Below, piece after piece: positions 8,401-17,595 of a stretch of DNA of 64,000 nt (its first letter is position 1; each line of letters starts with the position of its first letter). The notes beneath the pieces were generated by a model, which was not told the DNA's origin, did not search any database, and saw only the letters and a list, made by a program, of their open reading frames with translations. The translations under genes and the position numbers were made by a program. This DNA comes from an uncultured bacterium (GTDB lineage: Bacteria; Hydrothermota; UBA3073; NMUJ01): contig CBFDTI010000001.1 in assembly GCA_965612795.1 (NCBI GenBank), positions 5,116 through 69,115 on the forward strand, written 5' to 3'.

Positions 8401-10747
8401 CCTTATCCGTAAAATCTTCACCCACCCTCGATATCAACTTTTGCAACGAAATCCAATCCCCCTCCTCGCTCGCCGGTATCACCAACCTCAGATACGATAT
8501 CCTCTCCTTCTTGTAATACTCTGGTAGGTTAGGATACACATCACCTTTCTCAACCATCTGCTCACCTACTGGGTTGTACCACAACACCTGCACAAAATCT
8601 GCCGTATCTTTACCATTTGGCACACTACCATACGACCATTCCAACCTATCCGTACCCAACCTCGTCCGTGCAAGCGTATTCTCAAAATCATCCAGATACA
8701 CCCTACCATATGTGTTCGGGTTAGGTGCCGAAACCGCCCCATGGAATGACACCTCCACCTGTGTCGGTACCTCCGTCGTCACTATCGGTAACCTATCTAT
8801 CAACTTCGATATCGCCCATATCTCCTTATTCAAATGTACTGACATCTCACCAAATATCCCACGTCGTGGCTCCTCACCTATCTTCGGTTTACCCCTAGCA
8901 GCTGCCGGTGTCTGCACCGAATTGTATATAAGTGTAAAGTACGATGCCCCCAACCCAAACTCATAATCCGCATGCAAGCCCAACAGGTTCCTTGTCGCCA
9001 GCGACAGAAACGGTGCCACCTCGTAATCTATCGATATATGTGCATCTGGTGCCATACCACCTTCCGGATGTAATGTCAACATACCTGTCTCATAATTTAT
9101 CGTGTAATCCTTATCCCTCTGCAGCACCCTACCATCCAGCTTCACAACTTCCGACCCTTCTATCACATTGAACCCCAGATTATAGTAAGTCTTCACCCCC
9201 AGGTATATTACCTTTATGTAGTAGTTACCCACAAAATCTGGCGGATATCGTGCTATATGATATATAGAATCTGGTGGCGATAACCTCAAAAACGGAAACG
9301 GCTCCGGAAATATTATAATCCCCTTCGCTGCATGTATCCTCGACAGATCCAACTCCCCATTCGGTTTCTGTAACCCCAACAGCTCCACATATGGCTTACC
9401 TGTAGCAGTATCCACATCCTGATCCTCTCCCTCACCCGTACTCCTCCTGTATACGGATATCTCCAACCTACTCACATCTATATCCTTCGCCGGTAAACTA
9501 TACACATTTTTCCATTCACGCCACCACGATAGATACGCCGGGTTAGGTGTACCCAACTTCAACGCCACCAACCTCAACGTATCACCTGTATCATCACCCA
9601 CCTGTATCGTATCACCTGCTGGTGTCACATACTTATATGTCACACCCAACTTCTCACCCTCACGTAGACCTCGATTCAACTCGATAAACTTAAGCACCTC
9701 ATCAAACGTATAAAAATCGTACCCTACAGCATCAAAGAACCCAACCTCCTTAACCTCCTGTCCACTCGTATCCATGTCATATATAACACCGACCTTAGCT
9801 GGATAGTTATTCGTCAACACATTATCATCGTAGTAAACCTTCAGGTCGATTATCTCACCCGCCGTATCCGGTACTATCGTCAACCTACCGTAAGCATCCC
9901 TAACCGTATCCACCAACACCCAGAAAAATCTTCCCCTCACAAAATCTATATCCCGTATTATCGCGCTATCACGTGCAGCCCTACCTTCGAAATGCTTCGT
10001 CTGCGTCTCACCCTGCTGTTTCGATGCTATTATTGTGAAATTCACCGGCCCCAGCATCCCATACGATTTGAGTCCAAACAACCCACGATGGCTCACCCTC
10101 GCCCCTATGAGTGACACCCCCGGCAACGTCAACGCTACGTTACCCGCCTCTATCCCCTGTATTACATCATCCTCACCACCCTCATACTTCAACCTAATCG
10201 TATTTTTGATATCAAGTTCACGCTCCGAATCGTGGTCAATAAATGCATGTAAACGCTCACCAATCGTCCCCTGAAGTTTAACCCTCAACCGCTGTTTCAT
10301 CATCAACTCAGGTAACCTCAACCTCGACTCACCTTCCTTGTACACACGGTTAGCCACAAACCGTTGCTGGCCACCCAGCTCTATCCTCTGTGACCCATTT
10401 ATCTTTATGCTACCACCTTCACCTAATATGTTACTCATAGGACCTGGCAACGTTATCGGTATATGTATGGTAGGTATAAGTCCAGCCTCTTCTTCCTCCC
10501 TCCTCTGGGTGGCTTCACCTTCCTCCAATTGTATCGATTGCCACTTATCGTGAAATACTTTCAGATACAGGTTGTTCAGATACTCATCGTACCCATGTGC
10601 CTCAAAATGTATGATATAATTGTTCGCATAAAACTTACTCAACACAAACAACCCATCGTACAAATAAACCTGCTCATTTATACTATACGCACTTGCTAAC
10701 CCTACCCACAACCCTATTATGTAGACACAAAGTTTTTTGCTGCTCAC
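5468..10747 (-). CDS. Giant (1759 aa) outer-membrane beta-barrel protein with signal peptide, Asp-rich Ca-binding-like segment and C-terminal Phe; possibly SprA-like (T9SS translocon) family
   Basis: N-terminal signal peptide MSSKKLCVYIIGLWVGLASAYS; middle DGVRGDDEDNVPGDDGNDDYRYDPS...DLNGNGVLDLEEN (thrombospondin-type-3-like acidic repeats); ends ...ILGVRVWTEFKF (OMP terminal aromatic). SprA assignment is from memory of family features and the presence of T9SS cargo in the window, not a motif match. Confidence 0.65.
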   Translation of the reverse strand: MSSKKLCVYIIGLWVGLASAYSINEQVYLYDGLFVLSKFYANNYIIHFEAHGYDEYLNNLYLKVFHDKWQSIQLEEGEATQRREEEEAGLIPTIHIPITLPGPMSNILGEGGSIKINGSQRIELGGQQRFVANRVYKEGESRLRLPELMMKQRLRVKLQGTIGERLHAFIDHDSERELDIKNTIRLKYEGGEDDVIQGIEAGNVALTLPGVSLIGARVSHRGLFGLKSYGMLGPVNFTIIASKQQGETQTKHFEGRAARDSAIIRDIDFVRGRFFWVLVDTVRDAYGRLTIVPDTAGEIIDLKVYYDDNVLTNNYPAKVGVIYDMDTSGQEVKEVGFFDAVGYDFYTFDEVLKFIELNRGLREGEKLGVTYKYVTPAGDTIQVGDDTGDTLRLVALKLGTPNPAYLSWWREWKNVYSLPAKDIDVSRLEISVYRRSTGEGEDQDVDTATGKPYVELLGLQKPNGELDLSRIHAAKGIIIFPEPFPFLRLSPPDSIYHIARYPPDFVGNYYIKVIYLGVKTYYNLGFNVIEGSEVVKLDGRVLQRDKDYTINYETGMLTLHPEGGMAPDAHISIDYEVAPFLSLATRNLLGLHADYEFGLGASYFTLIYNSVQTPAAARGKPKIGEEPRRGIFGEMSVHLNKEIWAISKLIDRLPIVTTEVPTQVEVSFHGAVSAPNPNTYGRVYLDDFENTLARTRLGTDRLEWSYGSVPNGKDTADFVQVLWYNPVGEQMVEKGDVYPNLPEYYKKERISYLRLVIPASEEGDWISLQKLISRVGEDFTDKDYIEIRVRGKGVLYVDLGTNIPEDAPRRVADGSIQGYNGELDAEGDPVTREWSQDVDDVGLDGVRGDDEDNVPGDDGNDDYRYDPSRPYDYSHINGTEGDGRLNTEDLNGNGVLDLEENYYEYRVDLEDTVFLVDEYNGWRLYQVPLKQVYKVVGVPSWDRIRMARIWVEVGEPDTVDIVEFNVVGTKWRVVKPAEGEPKVEISYISTIGAEEYTPPPEVKVERDELGRLKPEGSMVLTYREVAPDSSVRVYFTEPNGMDFLMYKSLVFYVRLYEGDPVTLYVRFGGDTSNFYEYKVELDGYEWREIRVPFKELTNLKMIRPDTVEGIFRQGIYGIKGRPSLTNIRRIELVIANEGEQTVSGVIWVDDLFLSEVRAEVGFASELRGKVKLADVADVDVAFTHRDPYFKQMGEAYRFGGGERYAYTVNGSVSLHKFLPKDWGVVIPVRVTMSRSRSLPRYLAGKDVELKEDVRKDYASLAENRSVTVSWRKSKASKFWLTHVIFDNLNVTGSYRQGWNESYESIDSSYNATLNATYEVRPSIKPISIWKWEWQMLPQSIRLGASYGAQHAVRYRRMGETYTLSRRTPWQRNITYSANVGYSPMKMISVRYGLEVVQDMVIEAQTNWRENVSINLTPSVWKLQPRWTYSVGYNEYHGRELISDTMDLRNVGLDIRNEFNITLPTKELPLLGWVNPVQVSVSNNRTFRFYYLKERPPSEFRYGRRVDFENLPKLPYTDDMKQDGFNLKVGSGFNLKDILSVSINYQESRTSGGKLGNFSVQEVVRFPDAMVRITGVERYIPGMAKLITGVSPSLNYKKSRTVRCERGDTIQSVQEEWNLQISGANLKKPNMPISFSISETRSKEEDWNRNVWSNRRQNVNFSTSFSVTTQGGTPILGWLKGGRSVNFNLKVSRTVDERKNITTGHKTRDSYSISVRLEGSYRFSSVIVGGASINYSRSKERTRGTDTQILGVRVWTEFKF

Positions 10748-10864
10748 AAACCTTCTCCTTCGCTACCCCTCCTTTTAGAGAATATACCTATTACCTACGG
10801 GTGTCAATCCACCCCTTACAGATGTTTTCACTTTACTTTCCGCTCACATCGATATTTTATTTAA

Positions 10865-11815
10865 ATGCGCAACCTATTACCGTTGGTGATTTTACTCATA
10901 ATCTGTTGCAAACGCACTCCCATAGGTATAGACGAGATCTCCTCCCGCATGGGTGCTGTCCTATACGTAAAAACTCACCCTCAAGTGGATTCACTCATCC
11001 TCTCACATCGTAGCACCGGTTACGCATCCCACCTCTACGTAGGTACGTCGTACAATTTCGAATCCAAAACCCTACTTCGGTTCGGCTACCCCGACACCAT
11101 TGCCGCTACTGCCGATTCTGCTTTCCTCTATCTGTACAACGTAGAAGGTGACACAATCCCCATCATCATCGCATACTTTCAAGACACCTGGTCAGAATCC
11201 GACACCCTACCCTGGAGTTTCCCCCATAGTTATGAACCCATAGACACATCTTATATCACCCCCGACACCACCAAACTCCCCTTACGTATACCACTACAGA
11301 CCAACATCCTACTATATGCACCCACCTCAGACACCGTTGTACGCTGGCCCTCACACGAAACTTCCATCTCTACCGAGGTCGCAATCTATCATGCCGATAG
11401 TGTCACCCACTATGTAGTTCTCGAGGATACCTATCTCGACACTTTCTATACCACCGGATTCTTCATCCAATCCGGCACCTACCCCCAACGTCTATGTGTT
11501 TCGATAGATACAACTCTACCACCTGATGCCCAATTCCACAGAGCAACCCTCCACCTCTATATGGATTCCAGTCACAACTATCAAGGTATAGTAGCCAACT
11601 ACAGTGGTGTCACCACATTTCCATCCGTACGTCACACCGATACACTTTTAATCGACCTACTACCCATCATGTCCAAACTCATCACCGACACCTCCTACAG
11701 TTTTGTACTACAGGCACACGATGAAGGTAGCTACCTCTCACGCATCTGGTTACGTGACACCTTACTACTTGAACTCATATATTCGTTACCACCCACCGGC
11801 CCGGAGGTACCATGA
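10865..11815 (+). CDS. Lipoprotein with two DNRLRE-like repeats, function unknown
   Basis: Lipobox-like LLIICC at N-terminus; segments KTLLRFGYPDTIAATADSAFLYLY and PPDAQFHRATLHLY resemble the RxLLRFDL...ATIxSAxLxLY pattern of DNRLRE domains. Confidence 0.5.
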   Translation: MRNLLPLVILLIICCKRTPIGIDEISSRMGAVLYVKTHPQVDSLILSHRSTGYASHLYVGTSYNFESKTLLRFGYPDTIAATADSAFLYLYNVEGDTIPIIIAYFQDTWSESDTLPWSFPHSYEPIDTSYITPDTTKLPLRIPLQTNILLYAPTSDTVVRWPSHETSISTEVAIYHADSVTHYVVLEDTYLDTFYTTGFFIQSGTYPQRLCVSIDTTLPPDAQFHRATLHLYMDSSHNYQGIVANYSGVTTFPSVRHTDTLLIDLLPIMSKLITDTSYSFVLQAHDEGSYLSRIWLRDTLLLELIYSLPPTGPEVP

Positions 11816-12708
11816 TCCGCATTCCACGTTTATCAATCCTCCTACCGCTATTATTACCTATCTGCCTTTACACCACTTCCTTCCACAGCATTTACGGTGA
11901 TTACGAATGGCTACCCTCTCCACCACCTTCTATCTCCTTAAGGCGTACCTTACATTCACACGTAGGGTTCGACATCACCCTGGTGACTGCAAAACAATCC
12001 CGTTACTCCGCAAACGATATCTCCGCTCGCATGACCTCACTTAGCTTACTCTTACCCATCCGCTATTCGTTATCCCTCTGGGGTGACCTCACCATGTTAC
12101 AAGATGCCACCTACTACGCACTCAGTGAACCCCACGAAATAGCTGGCGAACCCTACCATTACGAGCTCACCGGTAGTGGGTCCACCTATCGTGCCACACT
12201 TACACCTGTATTCCACTTATCTAAGCTCTCGTTCGGGTTAGGGCTCGTCCATTACTTTGGTAGGCTCGAAGAGCGCTGGTTACTGGATTTCGACAACCTC
12301 ACCGATCGTGTCGATACCTTCTCCACGTATGTTTCATCCTGGTCACCTGTATTGCTACTAAACGAGTCATATACTCCACTAAACCTACGTACTCTTATCA
12401 CCAACACCGAACTAATTCTATCCATAACCTTTCCACGGCTACCATTCGTTCCACGTATTCAGTTCAACTGGTATTCACCCTACTACTCCATATCGGCCGG
12501 CTTTACCTCTCACAACTCTGCCATTGACCTCATTTACACCCATTACGGTACAGTAACCTCAACCACCCTAAAGCTTGCCCATCCTTTTGGCTTTAAGGAG
12601 TTCACCCTAACCCCTAACCTTTCCGTCGTGTATCGTACCAGCCCTAACATACAAGAGTGGGGTTGCATAATTTCAGTAACCTTCGATGGCACCGAGCGTA
12701 TCGATTAA
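11812..12708 (+). CDS. Hypothetical secreted/outer-membrane protein
   Basis: Signal peptide MIRIPRLSILLPLLLPICLYT; beta-strand-rich alternating pattern; start overlaps stop of upstream lipoprotein gene (ATGA). Confidence 0.5.
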   Translation: MIRIPRLSILLPLLLPICLYTTSFHSIYGDYEWLPSPPPSISLRRTLHSHVGFDITLVTAKQSRYSANDISARMTSLSLLLPIRYSLSLWGDLTMLQDATYYALSEPHEIAGEPYHYELTGSGSTYRATLTPVFHLSKLSFGLGLVHYFGRLEERWLLDFDNLTDRVDTFSTYVSSWSPVLLLNESYTPLNLRTLITNTELILSITFPRLPFVPRIQFNWYSPYYSISAGFTSHNSAIDLIYTHYGTVTSTTLKLAHPFGFKEFTLTPNLSVVYRTSPNIQEWGCIISVTFDGTERID

Positions 12709-13612
12709 CCGTATCGCCGGCATCGACGTAGGTGGTACCTTCATCAAATCAGGCCTCATTTCCGGCAACCAAATCATCACCACCCGCCGTGACCCTACCC
12801 CATCCTCACCTGTAGAAATTATCGATACCCTAACATTTATAATACAGACGCTTTCACCCCAACTCGTAGGTATCGGCATGCCAGGTCTTGTCCAACATGG
12901 CGTGGTGAGCCATCCCCCCAACATACCCGGTTGGTCGGTGATCGACCTACAAACTGAACTCCGCAAAAGGGTCAACCTCCCCGTCTTTGTAGACAACGAT
13001 GCAAATATGGTCACCTACGGCGAATTCCGTATGGGTGCAGCCCAAGGTCTACGCAACGTCATCCTCTTAACCTTAGGCACCGGTGTAGGGGCTGGCTTAA
13101 TCATCGACGGTCAACTCTACCATGGCAAGGGGTATGCCGGTGAGATCGGTCACATAACGGTAGAACCTCACGGCTATCGCTGCCACTGTGGTAACCGTGG
13201 CTGCCTCGAAGCCTATGTCGGCACCTCATACGTTGTACCTCGTGTAAAAGCGATCCTACCCTATCGCGATTCATTGCTTAATAAATATCCTGAAATCACC
13301 ATGGAAACCATTGCCACCGCCGCTAAACAAGGTGACCCCTTAGCTACTGAGATCATCGACGAAATCGCATACTACTTAGGTATAGGTGTAGCGACACTCT
13401 ATTCCATCTTCGATCCCGACGCTATCATCTTAGGTGGCGGTGTCGCCAACATTGGCGACCCTTTCTTTACCAAGGTCAAATCCTACGCCATCCAACGTCT
13501 CTACGGTGACCGCGATATTATCCTTTTACCTTCTAAACTCAAGGATACAGCCGGCGTATGGGGGGCTGCCCTCTGGGCGCTCGACCAATACACTCACTCC
13601 TTGGGTGAATAG
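12686..13612 (+). CDS. ROK-family sugar kinase (glucokinase-like)
   Basis: N-terminal GIDVGGTFIK ATP-binding motif and ROK zinc signature HGYRCHCGNRGCLEAYVG. Confidence 0.8.
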   Translation: MAPSVSINRIAGIDVGGTFIKSGLISGNQIITTRRDPTPSSPVEIIDTLTFIIQTLSPQLVGIGMPGLVQHGVVSHPPNIPGWSVIDLQTELRKRVNLPVFVDNDANMVTYGEFRMGAAQGLRNVILLTLGTGVGAGLIIDGQLYHGKGYAGEIGHITVEPHGYRCHCGNRGCLEAYVGTSYVVPRVKAILPYRDSLLNKYPEITMETIATAAKQGDPLATEIIDEIAYYLGIGVATLYSIFDPDAIILGGGVANIGDPFFTKVKSYAIQRLYGDRDIILLPSKLKDTAGVWGAALWALDQYTHSLGE

Positions 13613-16014
13613 GTTTCAACCTTCTCCTTTTGTTTGACCCGTTTACGCATCAACAGCGCCTCTTTGATCGCATCTATTGCACGGTCGACAAACTTAAACT
13701 CTATCCCCTGTTTTATATAGTCCGGTATTTTTTCAAGGTCGTTCTTATTCCACTTCGGTAGTATCACTTTCTTTATCCCACTATTCTTAGCTGCTAATAT
13801 CTTCTCACGTATACCACCGACTGGTAACACCTTACCTCGTAACGTAATCTCACCCGTCATCGCCACCTCAGGATTTACCGGTACCTCCGTAAACAGTGAC
13901 GCAAGTGCTGTCGCTATCGCCACACCCGCCGATGGTCCATCCTTCGGTATAGCACCACCCGGTATATGTATGTGCACATCGTATTTTTCCAACTCTTCCG
14001 GGTTCACCCCCAGTTCCGCCAGTATCGACCTCACGTAAGAGTATGCTGCTTTCGCCGATTCCTGTAGCACCTCACCCAACCTACCCGTAAGTATAAGGTT
14101 TTTCTTACCCGGTAGCTTCACCGCCTCTATGAACATAATCTCACCCCCCGTAGGGGTCCAGCTCAGCCCCGTCACCACACCGATTTCGGGCTTCTTACCT
14201 TTGACTTCAGCAAAGTATTTTGGTGGCCCCAAAAACTTCACCAGATTCGTCTTCGTTATCTTCGTCACCCCTTTCTTACCCGCAGCCACCTCCTTGGCCA
14301 CCTTCCTACAACAAGCGGCAATCGCACGCTCAAGGTCACGCACCCCCGCCTCACGCGTATACTCCGTAATTATCCTCATAATCGCATCCTTCGTAAACTG
14401 TATATGCTTTTCGGTTAACCCATGTTCCTTCATCTGCTTCGGTATAATATGGCGGCTCGCTATTTCAAGCTTCTCCTGTGGCACATACCCCGGTATATGT
14501 ATGATCTCCATGCGGTCGAGCAACGCCGGTGGTATCGTATACGTGACGTTAGCTGTGGTGATAAACATCACCTTTGACAGATCAAACGGCACCTCCAGGT
14601 AGTGATCACTAAAGCTATCGTTCTGCTCCGGATCGAGTGCCTCCAGCAACGCAGCTGCTGGATCACCCCTGAAATCCGCCCCTATCTTATCGATTTCGTC
14701 CAACATAAATACTGGGTTCTTAACCCCCGCTTTCCTGATACCCTGTATTATCCTACCGGGTAACGCCCCTATATACGTACGTCTATGTCCACGTATCTCA
14801 GCTTCATCCCTTATACCACCCAGCGAGAACCTGACAAACTTCCTACCCAACGCACGTGCTATGGATTTACCCAATGACGTCTTACCTACGCCTGGCGGGC
14901 CCACGAAACATAGTATTGGCCCCTTCATGTCCTGTTTGACCTTCCTAACCGCAAGGAACTCGAGTATCCTTTCTTTAACCTCATCCAGATCGTAATGATC
15001 CTCATCCAATATCTTCTTAGCGCGCTCAATATCGAGGTTATCCTCAGTTTCCTTATCCCATGGCAACGCTATCAACCAATCTATATACGTACGCGATACC
15101 TCATACCCCGGCATACCTGGTTGTAGACGTTCGAGCTTCTCCAGCTCCATAAATGCCACCTTTTTCGCCTCCTCCGGCATACCTGACGCTTCTATCTTTT
15201 TGCGTAGCTCTTCGACTTCCGATACTCCTGCCTCACCCAGCTCCTTCTTTATCGCCTGCAACTGTTGACGTAACAGGTACTCACGTTGCGTCTTACCCAG
15301 CTCAGTCTGCACCTGATCCCTTATCTTTTCCGCCAACTGTATGATGTTAAGCTCTTGACTCAATATCGGTAATAACCTACCTATACGTTCCTTGGGGTCT
15401 ATTGCATTCAATATCTCCAGCCGTGCCTGATACTTCAACGAAGGCAAGTTTGACGCTATGAAATCGGCCAACTTACCCGGATCTTCTATCTTCTCCACCA
15501 CTATTGCCAGTTCATCCGGTATCTCATCCGTATGCTGTACGATCTCCCTCACAAACTTATGCACATTCTTGATGGTAGCCTGCACCTGTAGGTCCTGCAT
15601 ATCTACCGGTGGTTCGTGTATCACCTCAATCTTCACCTTGTGGAACGGCTTCGTCTGTGTCACTTTCACCACCTTAGCCCTTACGATACCCTGCAGTAAC
15701 AACCTTATCTCACCCATCGGCCCCGTAGCCATCTTCATGATACCTGACACCACACCTATCGGGTTGTACAGCTCGGTTATCGGTACATCTTCTTTCTTCT
15801 CCTTGATTGGTACCACCAAAACCAACCTATGTGCACCCAACACCGAACGTATACCTTCTTTTTCAGCCTCATCCACCACCACATGTGGCATCACCGTGTA
15901 GGGGAACGGCACCTTATCACTTACCACCAATACCGGTAGTTCATCCGGTATCTCTATTTTTGTATCTTTGGGTTCCATCTCTTCAGGTTTTGGTTGCTTT
16001 TTGCCAAACATCAT
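13594..16014 (-). CDS. lon: ATP-dependent Lon protease
   Basis: Lon N-domain, Walker A GPPGVGKTSLGKSIA, sensor/arginine finger region, catalytic PKDGPSAGVAIATAL. Confidence 0.95.
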   Translation of the reverse strand: MMFGKKQPKPEEMEPKDTKIEIPDELPVLVVSDKVPFPYTVMPHVVVDEAEKEGIRSVLGAHRLVLVVPIKEKKEDVPITELYNPIGVVSGIMKMATGPMGEIRLLLQGIVRAKVVKVTQTKPFHKVKIEVIHEPPVDMQDLQVQATIKNVHKFVREIVQHTDEIPDELAIVVEKIEDPGKLADFIASNLPSLKYQARLEILNAIDPKERIGRLLPILSQELNIIQLAEKIRDQVQTELGKTQREYLLRQQLQAIKKELGEAGVSEVEELRKKIEASGMPEEAKKVAFMELEKLERLQPGMPGYEVSRTYIDWLIALPWDKETEDNLDIERAKKILDEDHYDLDEVKERILEFLAVRKVKQDMKGPILCFVGPPGVGKTSLGKSIARALGRKFVRFSLGGIRDEAEIRGHRRTYIGALPGRIIQGIRKAGVKNPVFMLDEIDKIGADFRGDPAAALLEALDPEQNDSFSDHYLEVPFDLSKVMFITTANVTYTIPPALLDRMEIIHIPGYVPQEKLEIASRHIIPKQMKEHGLTEKHIQFTKDAIMRIITEYTREAGVRDLERAIAACCRKVAKEVAAGKKGVTKITKTNLVKFLGPPKYFAEVKGKKPEIGVVTGLSWTPTGGEIMFIEAVKLPGKKNLILTGRLGEVLQESAKAAYSYVRSILAELGVNPEELEKYDVHIHIPGGAIPKDGPSAGVAIATALASLFTEVPVNPEVAMTGEITLRGKVLPVGGIREKILAAKNSGIKKVILPKWNKNDLEKIPDYIKQGIEFKFVDRAIDAIKEALLMRKRVKQKEKVETYSPKE

Positions 16015-16424
16015 TCAATCACCAAAATACGTTTTTCTTTCTCTTTTCTATGGAGTTTAAGTGAGAACAACCCATGATAGTTATCCACCTCAATACGCTT
16101 CTCATCCACCGCAAACGGTAGCTTTATTTTCCTTTCGAACGGCCCAAAATTTATCTCCTCCGCCAAACATTCAGCCCCCTTGATGCTTTCAGGTGGGAAC
16201 GTCTCCCCTTTTATTATAAGTGTATCCCTATCTTCATCCAGATAGAAATGTACATCTTCCGTACGTACACCACCAAGGTTCACCAGCACTGTCACCACAT
16301 CACCCTTCACGTACATGCATACTGGTGGGAACACCTCCACAAACATCGAATCTGGTGTACTCAACATAGGCATCCTTCTTGCCCACCATACTGCCATAAA
16401 TTTACGATATTCAATATCGGCCAT
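16011..16424 (-). CDS. Small heat-shock protein, Hsp20/alpha-crystallin family
   Basis: Alpha-crystallin domain pattern (VLVNLGGVRTEDVHFYLDEDRDTLIIKGE ... FERKIKLPFAVDEKRIEVDNYHGLFSLKL); stop overlaps lon start (operon). Confidence 0.65.
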   Translation of the reverse strand: MADIEYRKFMAVWWARRMPMLSTPDSMFVEVFPPVCMYVKGDVVTVLVNLGGVRTEDVHFYLDEDRDTLIIKGETFPPESIKGAECLAEEINFGPFERKIKLPFAVDEKRIEVDNYHGLFSLKLHRKEKEKRILVIE

Positions 16425-16663
16425 CTTTTAAAGATATATGTCACCTTCTACGGTCAACCATATTGTGTATAAAAACGCCATACTCGATACTTTAAATACT
16501 GCTAAATAACTATCACGTGAGTGATGCCTCTCACCACAATCGTGAAATTTACCTACAAATTTTTAAACAAATAAGGAAATAAAGGTTTATTCTTTTAATA
16601 GGCATTCAGAGATATTGGCAACCGATGTTGTGAGGGATACCTTTAATGAAGGAGGTGCATGGT

Positions 16664-16777
16664 ATGGAGTGTATCTTTACAAAAGTTGTATGTGGCAAAT
16701 TATGGGAGCAATCAAATCGTAGTCTTGCAATAGAAGGGAGATGCAAAATTTTAGTAAAAAGGAGGTGTTATGTTTAA
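16664..16777 (+). CDS. Putative 37-aa Cys-containing micro-protein (MECIFTKVVCGKLWEQSNRSLAIEGRCKILVKRRCYV)
   Basis: Strong SD AAGGAGGTG 8 nt upstream of ATG 16664; stop TAA overlaps ATG of the next gene (ATGTTTAA). An alternative 24-aa frame from ATG 16659 exists. Below ORF-track size cut-off. Confidence 0.2.
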   Translation: MECIFTKVVCGKLWEQSNRSLAIEGRCKILVKRRCYV

Positions 16778-17375
16778 ATTGAGGGTATTATTGGTGATAA
16801 CTCTATACGTTGTGGCTATTACGATACCCACGTGTATGAATGGCCATAAGATGATATTGAATGAAGTAACCACTCCACATAATTTATGGCAACAGTATCA
16901 CTCTTTCAGATTAAACCCCTATGCACAAGTGACAGAGACGAGAATGTTTACTACTTGTATGAGCACGACAGAGACGGGAAGAAGTAAAAAGAATAACTTT
17001 ATCAAAACCGCTGCCATATATGGGTTAGAATGGCTTGGTACCACAGTTGTTACAGGAGTGTGGTCGTTTATAGCGATGATGGGATACTGGCCCCCTGGTG
17101 CTGATATCTCGGATCTCCCTCCGCCAGAAATTATGTTTCGTACTTTCTGTTATTTATATGTAGGAGGTAACACTCTACTAGGGGGCTTCTCTACATGGGG
17201 TATCGGTAAACTCCTGAAGCAACGTGGGTCCTTATGGGGGGCGTGTCTTGGAGCATGCATAGGTAGTGTGACAGGTCTATTTGCAGGGCGTTATATTATG
17301 GGCATGGGTGGGGTATGTCTTTATTTTTTGGCCCCTTCAATAGGGGCAGTAATAGGGTACAATTGGGGGAGGTAG
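16770..17375 (+). CDS. Hypothetical membrane protein with C-terminal glycine-zipper segment
   Basis: SD AAAAAGGAGGTG; N-terminal hydrophobic segment; C-terminus GACLGACIGSVTGLFAGRYIMGMGGVCLYFLAPSIGAVIGYNWGR (GxxxG repeats). Coding strand is G/T-rich, unlike neighbouring + strand genes. Confidence 0.5.
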   Translation: MFKLRVLLVITLYVVAITIPTCMNGHKMILNEVTTPHNLWQQYHSFRLNPYAQVTETRMFTTCMSTTETGRSKKNNFIKTAAIYGLEWLGTTVVTGVWSFIAMMGYWPPGADISDLPPPEIMFRTFCYLYVGGNTLLGGFSTWGIGKLLKQRGSLWGACLGACIGSVTGLFAGRYIMGMGGVCLYFLAPSIGAVIGYNWGR

Positions 17376-17377
17376 AG

Positions 17378-17506
17378 ATGATCAGCTCGAAAATGAACTT
17401 CATAGTAGCAATCCACGATATAACCGATGGCATAAAAAGATATGCAAATGGTACTTCATCACCATGGAGACACCCAACTACCGTGCAACGAAGAAGTTCA
17501 GCGTGA
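17378..17506 (+). CDS. Putative small protein (MISSKMNFIVAIHDITDGIKRYANGTSSPWRHPTTVQRRSSA)
   Basis: GGGGGAGG SD 5 nt upstream of ATG 17378, immediately after the stop of the membrane-protein gene. Confidence 0.2.
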   Translation: MISSKMNFIVAIHDITDGIKRYANGTSSPWRHPTTVQRRSSA

Positions 17507-17595
17507 TTCGATAATACATTATCACAAGATACGTCACGGTGCGATAGTTACTTGTCAACCCCATCCATAGCTTTACTTTTACACCTCATACCAAC

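Noticed and set aside
14129-15901. Antisense + strand ORFs inside lon (14129..14602, 15153..15344, 15458..15901)
   Set aside because: They lie fully within the high-confidence Lon protease gene on the opposite strand, and their sequences are low-complexity.
16513-16545. Imperfect inverted repeat TCACGTGAGTGA...TCACCACAATCGTGA upstream of hsp20, considered as a CIRCE/HAIR heat-shock operator
   Set aside because: It matches neither CIRCE (TTAGCACTC-N9-GAGTGCTAA) nor HAIR consensus, and its symmetry is weak.
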